From positions 7,440,001 to 7,504,000 of the forward strand of contig NC_083237.1 of assembly GCF_032191835.1 (NCBI RefSeq): a DNA stretch of 64,000 bases. Reading direction: 5' to 3'. The notes beneath the pieces were generated by a model. That model was not told the DNA's origin. It searched no databases and worked only from the letters and a program-made list of their open reading frames with translations. Below, piece after piece: positions 58,490-64,000 of the stretch (the stretch's first letter is position 1; each line of letters begins with the position of its first letter). This DNA is from Heteronotia binoei (taxonomy: Eukaryota). Made by a program: the position numbers and the translations under genes.

Positions 58490-58986
58490 CCATTTCTTTG
58501 GCACCAGGGATCGGTTTTGTGGAAGACAATTTTTCCATGGACGGGGTGGGGGGGGTGATGGTTTTGGAATGATGCAATTGTGCACTTTATTTCTATTAGT
58601 TTGGTGTGGTGGTTAAGAGTGCAGACTCTTATCTGGAAGAACTGGATTTGATTCCCCACTCCTCCACTTGCAGCTGCTGGAATGGCCTTGGCTCAGTCAT
58701 AGCTCTCGCAGAGCTGTCCTTGAAAGGGCAGCTGCTGTAAGAGCTCTCTCAGCCCCACCTACCTACCTCAGAGGGTGTCTGTTGCGGGCGAGGAAGGTGA
58801 AGGAGATTGTGAGCCGCTCTGAGACTCTGAAATTAGAAGTGGAGGGCAGGATATAAACCCAGTGTCTTCATCTTACTATTATTATTACATTGTAATATAT
58901 AATGAAATAATTCTACAACTCACGGCCTGGTTGCTAACAGGCTACGGACTGGTACTGGTCCACGGCCCAGGGGTTGGGGACCCCTG
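58490..58986 (-). mobile_element. hAT-Charlie MITE resembling mammalian MER1, interrupted by a SINE
   Basis: CAGGGGTCCCCAACCCCTGGGCCGTGGACCAGTACC... and ...GGAAAATTGTCTTCCACAAAACCGATCCCTGGTGCC on the - strand. Confidence 0.6.
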
Positions 58987-59749
58987 ATGTAGAGGACTGT
59001 CATTTCGACAGAGGTTGGTCATTGGCTCCTGGCACCTGGTAGTTTTGAGGCATCTTGTCTCCGAAAATGGAGATTCCATTGCTGATTACTAAAGCCTTTC
59101 GTCTCTCTTTACTCCATGAAATCACATACATAAGTGCTGTCAAGCTGCAGCTGACTTACAGCAATGCCAGCAAGGGGCTTTCAAGGCAAGTGAGAAGCAG
59201 AGGTGGTTTGCCTTTGCCCCCCTCTGCAGAGTCTTCCTTGGTGGTCTCTCAGCCAAGTTCCCACCATGCTTCGCTTCCAGGATCTGATGACGGTCCTCTT
59301 TCGGTTGGCATACAACTGACCGGCATCTGAATATTTTAAGGAAGACTGTGGGACAGCGCACTGATGAATTGCGTTTATTTTATTGTGTAAATTATTAATG
59401 TATTTTAATTCTTAATTTTATTGTTAGAATTTTTATGTTGTGAGCCGCCCTGAGCCCGCTTCGGTGGGGTAGGGCGGGATATAAATCGAATGAAATAAAT
59501 AAATAATGAGATTGGGCTATACAATACCACCTTCCCTCTCCTCCATGAGATTACCAAATGTTTTAAAATAAGCAGGTCACTGCTGTTGTCTGTTGCTGGC
59601 TCTGTACTAGCTGGCTCTGAACCTATAACTGCCAATTTGTTTCATAATTTGAAAGTCATTGTTTTGTTTGTTTGTTTCAATTTTTAGCCCACCCTTCCCA
59701 TAGGACAGGCTCAGGGCGGGTTGCATCATAAAAACAATCAACAGTAATA

Positions 59750-60560
59750 ATAATAATAATAATTTTTAATTTATATCCCGCCCTTCCCGCCGAAGCAGGC
59801 TCAGGGCGGCTTACATAACATAAAATACGCATTACAGTAGTACAATAATAAAATACCCCAATTACGTAACAGTTATTCCTCAATTAAATATACAATTGCA
59901 TTAAAACCATCAATTAAAACGACAATTTAAAACCACAGATTAATTTGGTGCTACGATCTTAAAATACCATAGCTTTGCATGACGATGGAACAATAATTCC
60001 ACATTAAAAGGCCAGCTGGAAGAGGATGGTCTTGCAGGCCTGGCGGAACTGGTTAAGGTCCCGCAAGGCCCGTACCTCTTCTGGTAACTGGTTCCACCAG
60101 TGGGGAGCTGTAGCCGAAAAGGCCCTCTCCCTTGTCATTTTCAAGTTGGCCTCCTTCGGCCCAGGGATTGTCCGCAGATTTTGTGAGCTAGATCTCAGTA
60201 CTCTCTGGGAAACATATGGGGGTAAAAACAATAAAAGGCCAATTTAAAATATATGAATTCTAAAACGAGAAAGTGGCAGTAGAGACTAAAATGGCGGTTC
60301 TGCCTCACAGACATGGCCTATTGTCCAGGTCCAGCAGTGGGATGGAATGAAGGGGGGAGTAACAAGTGACGTTCGCTGCCTCAGCTGAAAGCCTGGCGAA
60401 GGAGCTCTGTTTTACAGGCCCTGCGGAATTGGAACAGATCCCACGGGGCCCGAATCTCCAGGGGGAGCTCATTCCACCAGGCAGGGGCCAGGGCTAAAAA
60501 GGCCCTGGCCCTCGTCCAGGTCAGATGGACGTCTCTGGGGCTGGGTATTACCAAAGCTAA
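59750..60560 (-). mobile_element. L2 LINE 3' fragments
   Basis: RAFSATAPHWWNQLPEEVRALRDLNQFRQACKTILFQLAF and (AAT)n/(AAAT)n tails. L2-type tails also near 23250, 48180, 50720 and 59400. Confidence 0.75.
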
Positions 60561-60709
60561 AAAAGCCCCAGTGCCTTTCCTTGAAGATACTCCATCCTAC
60601 CATCATTGTGGTTTCCCTTTCCCCCATCTTCATCCTTTAGAGATGAATTGAATAAAACTGAACCCGGTATCCTAAAGATGGTTCTCTGTGTTTTTCTGCC
60701 CCTTTGCAG

Positions 60710-60844
60710 GCCATGTTGCAAGAGCTGAACTTTGGGGCATACCTGGGACTTCCAGCCTTCCTCCTGCCCTTGACGCAGGCAGACAACCCCAACTTGGCTC
60801 GTGTTCTGTGTAACCACATCAATACCGGGCACCATACTTCCATG
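60710..60844 (+). CDS. PRMT5: PRMT5 exon 4 (alternative identical donor at 60874/60875)
   Basis: ttgcag|[45 protein letters not shown]|gtatgt. 135 nt. Confidence 0.96.
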
Positions 60845-60883
60845 GTATGTTCAACCGGGCTCCATACATCCATGGTATGTTCA
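60824..60883 (+). repeat. 30-bp tandem duplication spanning the PRMT5 exon-4 donor
   Basis: ACCGGGCACCATACTTCCATGGTATGTTCA / ACCGGGCTCCATACATCCATGGTATGTTCA (28/30). Confidence 0.97.
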
Positions 60884-61510
60884 ACCATCTCTTCCTTTCT
60901 CCTCTATCCAGTCTCCATGGAGCCTCACACTCACATTTCCCTCGCCCTTGCTAAATGTCTCATCTTCAAGACACTCTCCTCACTCATCCCAAACTGTAAT
61001 GTATTGGCCACGTACCTGAAGTAGAGCAGAGGAGAGCCAAAGACATTGGCTGTAGAGTGGTAGCTCAAGTAAGTGAGCCAAGGAGAAGACCAGCACCCAA
61101 ACTGACCTAAGAAAGAATTCCTTAGGGACATCACAAGAGCCCTGCTGGATCAGACCAGGGTCTATCTAGTCCAGTGTCCTGCCTCACACAGTGGCCATAC
61201 AAACAAACAAACACACAGTGATAATGCTGGCTAACACAATGAGTAAAACGTTTTTTCAAGGATCATACGAATCTTTGGTCGCCTTATAAATAAGTACAAC
61301 CTTTCAGTATTGCAAAGAAAAGTCCATCCAGGAGTATTCCGATTTACTTGAAAGTTATCAGCCTCTTGTTACAGTTCAGTGTGTATATTGGGGAGCATGT
61401 GAGTCCTTAACCTCTTCTCTAAACAGATGCAAAAGCCTTCTGAATTCGGCTGGCAAAATGCTCTCTGCAACCTCTTAATTTTCTTCAAAATTACCATCCG
61501 TGGAAGAAAC

Positions 61511-61728
61511 CATGGCAATTATGAGTCAAGATGCACCTTTGAGACCAACAAAGTTCTCTTCAGAATGTAAGCTTTCATGGGCTCTAAGCGCACTTCATCA
61601 GACGAGGAATCAGGTACAGTCTGAATTAAACTTTGTTGGTCTTAAAGGTGCCCCTTGACTCCTACTTTGTTCCGCTGCTTCAGACCAACACGGCTGCCCG
61701 CTTGGATCTATCTGCATGGTAATTATGA
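61511..61728. mobile_element. Short Penelope/Neptune-like insertion, same family as 48244
   Basis: Same tail (GCTGCTTCAGACCAACACGGCTGCC...GGATCTA), 14-bp TSD CATGG(C/T)AATTATGA, and a degenerate hammerhead on the - strand near 61560-61600. Confidence 0.7.
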
Positions 61729-63683
61729 TGAGATACAACACAAAGCTGAATAGAAGTGAATAATTTTTTTACATTTAAATTAAGGACTTACCTCTCAGTG
61801 CCACTTAAGTGTTTATATTTTTATTAGGAGCGAGCCAGACCTGAACCTCTTCTCTAACCAGATGCAAAAACCTTCTGAATTTGGCTAGCAAAATGCTCTC
61901 TTAAAACCGCTTAAGTATTTCCTTTAGTCACCGTGGTCGGTAGCTGCTGATAGATCAGTCCATGAATCTGTATGCTCCTCTTTTAAAGCTGTCTAAATCC
62001 TTCCCAGTTCCAAGACTCTGAGCCACGTTCGAATCTCTCCCAAGTCCCGTCAAGGAGATCTTATTAGGAACTATGCCACAGTATACAGAGCCTTTATCTG
62101 TAGCTTCAAAATTTTGTAATTCCTTATGGGTGGTTGCTGGGTTGGGGGGGGACCCACCAAAATTTTGCTGGGCTAAAATCCCCTTCTTGGTCTCAGTGCG
62201 TTGCATCAAGAGAGGAAGTAGAATAAAAGGAATAAATTATATTGTGTTCACCAGAGCCAGTTTGGTGTAGTGGTTAAGTGTGCAGACTCTTACCTGGGAG
62301 AACTGGGTTTGATTCCCCACTCCTCCACTTGCAGCTGCTGGAATGGCCTTGGGTTAGCCATAGCTCTCGCAGAGTTGTCCTTGAAAGGGCAGCTGCTGTG
62401 AGAGCCCTCTCCAGCCCCACCCACCTCACAGGGTGTCTGTTGTGGGGGGGGGGAGAAGATGTTGGAGATTGTAAGCCGCTCTGAGTCTCTGATTCAGAGA
62501 GAAGGGTGGGGTATAAATCTGCAGTCTTCTTCTTCAGTGTTGTAAATTTTACGTAAATGTACCCCCGTGTTCTCTCCAAATGAACCAAACTGGGTTACAG
62601 CAGAAAAATAAATCTCTCTGCATAATGCAATAAACAAAATTCCAACAAGCAGCTTCTTGGTCTGATCCTGGATTTGTTGGCTAGCTGATCCTTGGCATAG
62701 GCTGTGGGCAATGGCGGCAGTCGTGTGAGCAAAAATTCTACTTTGTGAGCTACTGCATAAATTATTATGCTCTGGGGTCATCCTTCCTGAGCCAAGACAA
62801 AAATGTGTGAGCTGGAGGCTAAAAACCTGTGAGCTAGCTCATGCTAACTCAGTTTAAAGGGAACACTGGCTAAGGGTAAACTTGGCAACTCCAAGTTGAG
62901 AAATTCCTGGATATTTAGGGGGTGGAGCCTGGGGCAGACAGGATTTGGGGAGAGGAAGGACCTCAGCAGGATATAATTCCATAGAGTTCACCCTCTGAAG
63001 CTGCCGTGTTCTCCAGTGGAACTGATCTTTGTCTTCTCAAATCAGTTTTAATTCCAAGAGATATCCAGGCTCCACCTAGAGGTTGACAACTTTAGCTAAG
63101 AGCCAGGGCAGAAGAAAAATGAGCCTTTGTCGTGTGACTCATACCCAGTGCTGTATGCCTCTGGCCACATTTAAGCTTCGTCGCTTATCTGAACAGGAAG
63201 AGGGGGAAAAAATCCCAAATCCTCAGCAAGAGGATACAGCTGGTAAAGGTTTTCCTGCCACTCTTTCCCTCCTTTCATAGAATCCTAGAGTTGGAAGGAA
63301 CCTCCAGGGTCATCTGGTCCAACCCCCTGCACAATGCCTTCCCTCGTACATCCTCAGTGATCCCCTTCACATGCCCAGAAGATGGGGGGGTGGGTGGGAA
63401 ACCCCTCCAGGATCCCTGGCCAAACTGACCTGGAGAAAAATTGCTGACTGACCCCAAAGTGGCAGTCAGCGTTTCCCTGGGTGTGTAAGAAGGGCCACAA
63501 GATCTAAGCCCTGATGCAGCCCTTCCTGCCCTCCTTCTCATGATCTGCCTGTTCACAAAATCAGCATTGCTGTCAGATGGCCATCGAGCCTCTCCTAAAA
63601 ACCTCCAAAGAAGGAGAGCCCATGCCTCCCGAGGTGGTGGAGGATCCTCCTAAAGATCCTCTGGCTATGTCCATTCCTTATAA

Positions 63684-63825
63684 AGGGGGTGGCCAACGGT
63701 AGCTCTCCAGAGGTTTTTTTTGCCTACAACTCCCATCAGCCCCAGCCATTGGCCATGCTGGCTGGGGCTGATGGGAGTTGTAGGCCAAAAAAAAAAATCT
63801 GGAGAGCTACCGTCGGCCACCCCTG
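63684..63825. mobile_element. Palindromic hAT MITE, same family as 30291
   Basis: Perfect 8-bp TSD CCTTATAA. Confidence 0.85.
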
Positions 63826-63929
63826 CCTTATAACTCTCTCCAGCTCCATTTTGAACCCAAATTGGGGATCCGGCCACAGCATATCTCTAAAACTTTTTCC
63901 CTCCTACTCGCTTTCTTATTCCACCCCAG

Positions 63930-64000
63930 TTCTGGATGCGGGTTCCCCTACTGGCCCCAGAAGACTTGCGGGATGACTTGATTGAAAACGAGCCCATCCA
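63930..64000 (+). CDS. PRMT5: PRMT5 exon 5 (truncated by the window end)
   Basis: cccag|[23 protein letters not shown]. Confidence 0.96.

Overview
Squamate reptile genomic DNA, most likely a gecko, judged from the Sauria SINE/BovB pair, the gecko-type tRNA SINEs and the CR1 content. The window is syntenic with human 14q11.2. Four genes lie on the + strand: PSMB5 (3 coding exons, 4877-12092, 278 aa), C14orf93/RTFC (6 coding exons, 16844-37095, 483 aa), HAUS4 (9 coding exons, 47549-54146, 355 aa) and the first 5 exons of PRMT5 (56161 to the window end). A tRNA-Arg(ACG) gene lies on the - strand, divergent from PRMT5. All exon boundaries were read by hand, are GT-AG and are phase-consistent. Introns and intergenic DNA are dense in hAT MITEs with 8-bp TSDs, tRNA- and 5S-derived SINEs, CR1, L1, L2, BovB and Penelope-like foldback elements. 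Most notable observations: (1) a coding-like 118-aa ORF starts at the first AUG of the C14orf93 start exon and overlaps the main ORF in another frame; (2) a 30-bp tandem duplication of the PRMT5 exon-4 donor creates a second identical in-frame 5' splice site (+10 aa); (3) intronic Penelope-like palindromes carry mirror-image hammerhead ribozyme cores; (4) the CR1 3' end has expanded into 67-bp minisatellites at four separate loci; (5) AJUBA is not visible between C14orf93 and HAUS4, where it sits in human. Gene identities come from remembered human orthologue sequences, repeat family names from motif recognition, and no searches were run.
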